From Pseudobacteriovorax sp. (GTDB lineage: Bacteria; Bdellovibrionota_B; Oligoflexia; Oligoflexales; Oligoflexaceae), in the NCBI GenBank assembly GCA_050293845.1, contig JBNKNM010000031.1:1-39645 (forward strand): a stretch of 39,645 bases of DNA, read 5' to 3'. The notes beneath the pieces were generated by a model that was not told where the DNA came from, ran no database searches, and was given only the letters and a program-made list of their open reading frames with translations. Position 1 is the stretch's first letter. Each line of letters starts with the position of its first letter. This document shows, one piece after another, positions 38,109 through 39,645 of this stretch. A program made the translations under genes and the position numbers.

Positions 38109-39645
38109 ACTTGCTAACTTGCTTCCTTGAAGAGGTTTTGTCTTCGGACCCTACATTGAGGGTATCCTCAATAATCCGCTTTTGTTCAACAGAGTGGGAC
38201 TTCGTACTACCTTCTGCCGTTGTACCAGCACTCGTACGCCCACTGTAACGAAACGATCGCGACCGGGTACAAAGCTGCTTGATACGGTGGCGGATAAAAG
38301 TCCAAGCACCCATATTGGAAGGCTCTTCTTGGGTCCATAAGACTTCTTTAGCTTTCTCGTAGCCCTTAAGGACTTGATCAACCTGCTCTTCAGGGAAGGG
38401 ATATAACTGCTCCACCCGCACCAGTGCGACTTTTTGATTGTCCTTCATATCCTGACGCGTTTTATCTAGCTCGTAGAAAATTTTGCCCGTACAGAAAACT
38501 ACACGCTCCACGGAAGATTTTTTGCTGATAAAAGAGTCATCAATTACCTCTTCAAACCCCCCCCCTATAAAATCTTTAATGGGGGAGACACACTGGGGAT
38601 GTCTCAATAGGCTTTTGGGGGTCATGATAACAAGGGGTTTACGAAAGTCCCTGTACACTTGACGTCGCAAAATATGGAATAATTGAGCCGGAGTCGTTAG
38701 ATTGGCGACCTGTATATTGAAATCACCACATAATTGCAGAAACCTTTCTGGACGGCCACTGGAATGCTCTGGCCCCATCCCCTCGTAACCGTGGGGTAGC
38801 AGCAAGACAAGGCCACTCGCCTGCTTCCATTTCGCCTCTGAAGCTACGAGAAACTGATCAATAATGATCTGCCCGCCATTAACAAAGTCTCCAAACTGCG
38901 CTTCCCACATCACCAATGCGCTCGGATTTGCTACTGAGTAACCAAACTCAAAACCCAGTACACCTTGCTCTGATAAAGGGCTGTTGATGATTTCGACCCT
39001 CCCTTGATCTTCAGTAATTTGATTAAGGGTATGCAGGGATTGACCCGTTTCGTAGTCACGAATCACAGCATGGCGATGGGAAAATGTTCCCCGTCGGCAA
39101 TCTTGACCAGACAGCCTCACATGTTTTTTTTCTATGGCTAAGGTACCATAGGTTAAAATCTCCGCGAGCCCCCAGTCTACAGCTCCCACACCATCAATCA
39201 TGGAATGCCGCGCCTTAAATAACTTTTTAATCTTGGGGTGAGGAACAAAGTCATCTGGGAAACTTGTTGCCTTAGCAATAATTTTTTTAACAGCGGCTTC
39301 GGTTGTCGCCGTATCCACTGGTTTGAAGAAATCTTCGGGACCGACCTTGATATGGCGGGTACTGGCTTCCAACTCCTTAGGGACCGGTGTAAGTATTTCA
39401 ACATTTTCAGAGCGTACCCGATTGAGACAGTCCTGTAAACTAGCTCGAAATCCCTTGATTTGGCTATCGGCCTCCTCCTGAGATAAGATCCCTTCACCAA
39501 TCAACTGCGCTATATATTGATGCAACACTGTCTTATGCTTTTTGATTTTTTTATACATTTGTGGCTGTGTGAAGCCAGGTTCATCGGTTTCATTATGGCC
39601 ATGACGACGATAACCTATTAAATCAATGACCACATCTTTATGATA
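38107..39645 (-). CDS. sucA: 2-oxoglutarate dehydrogenase E1 component, 3' part (5' end outside window)
   Basis: YRRHGHNETDEP, RLSGQDCRRGTFSHRH, WEAQFGDF and LPHGYEGMGPEHSS motifs. Confidence 0.97.
   Translation of the reverse strand, partial: YHKDVVIDLIGYRRHGHNETDEPGFTQPQMYKKIKKHKTVLHQYIAQLIGEGILSQEEADSQIKGFRASLQDCLNRVRSENVEILTPVPKELEASTRHIKVGPEDFFKPVDTATTEAAVKKIIAKATSFPDDFVPHPKIKKLFKARHSMIDGVGAVDWGLAEILTYGTLAIEKKHVRLSGQDCRRGTFSHRHAVIRDYETGQSLHTLNQITEDQGRVEIINSPLSEQGVLGFEFGYSVANPSALVMWEAQFGDFVNGGQIIIDQFLVASEAKWKQASGLVLLLPHGYEGMGPEHSSGRPERFLQLCGDFNIQVANLTTPAQLFHILRRQVYRDFRKPLVIMTPKSLLRHPQCVSPIKDFIGGGFEEVIDDSFISKKSSVERVVFCTGKIFYELDKTRQDMKDNQKVALVRVEQLYPFPEEQVDQVLKGYEKAKEVLWTQEEPSNMGAWTFIRHRIKQLCTRSRSFRYSGRTSAGTTAEGSTKSHSVEQKRIIEDTLNVGSEDKTSSRKQVSK

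Noticed and set aside
38557..38565. G9 tract in sucA as a contingency locus
   Set aside because: In frame (Gly-Gly-Gly) in a central metabolic gene; no evidence of switching from a single sequence.

Overview
Mostly core-genome region of a bacterium that looks like Bdellovibrionota/Oligoflexia or another former delta-proteobacterial lineage. This is inferred from the MglA homologue, the DUF4388 protein and the NtrYX-like pair, not from a database search. The left edge holds the left end of an IS200/IS605 (IS609-like) element with tnpA and a probable divergent tnpB starting at the window edge. Next comes tRNA-Val and the minus-strand transcription/translation cluster, which in transcription order is tRNA-Thr/Tyr/Gly/Thr, tuf, tRNA-Trp, secE, nusG, rplKAJL, rpoBC, rpsL, rpsG, fusA. 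Further right are an operon encoding a secreted protein, NtrY, NtrX, a DUF4388 protein and RlmB, then a XerD-like gene with tadA, a cyclophilin, several RNA methyltransferases, ald and a PhnP-like MBL hydrolase. The right part carries tRNA-Ser, ffs, dnaX, an mglA-like gene and two unknown ORFs, followed by ggt and a 5'-truncated sucA. Three intact genes have lost key residues: (i) a full-length Xer-type recombinase lacking most catalytic residues, with the nucleophile Tyr replaced by His; (ii) an MglA-like GTPase lacking the Arg finger, switch-I Thr and catalytic Gln, with no mglB; (iii) a str-operon EF-G lacking the domain IV translocation loops, behind a structured leader that occludes its RBS. 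No CRISPR array or prophage is visible.
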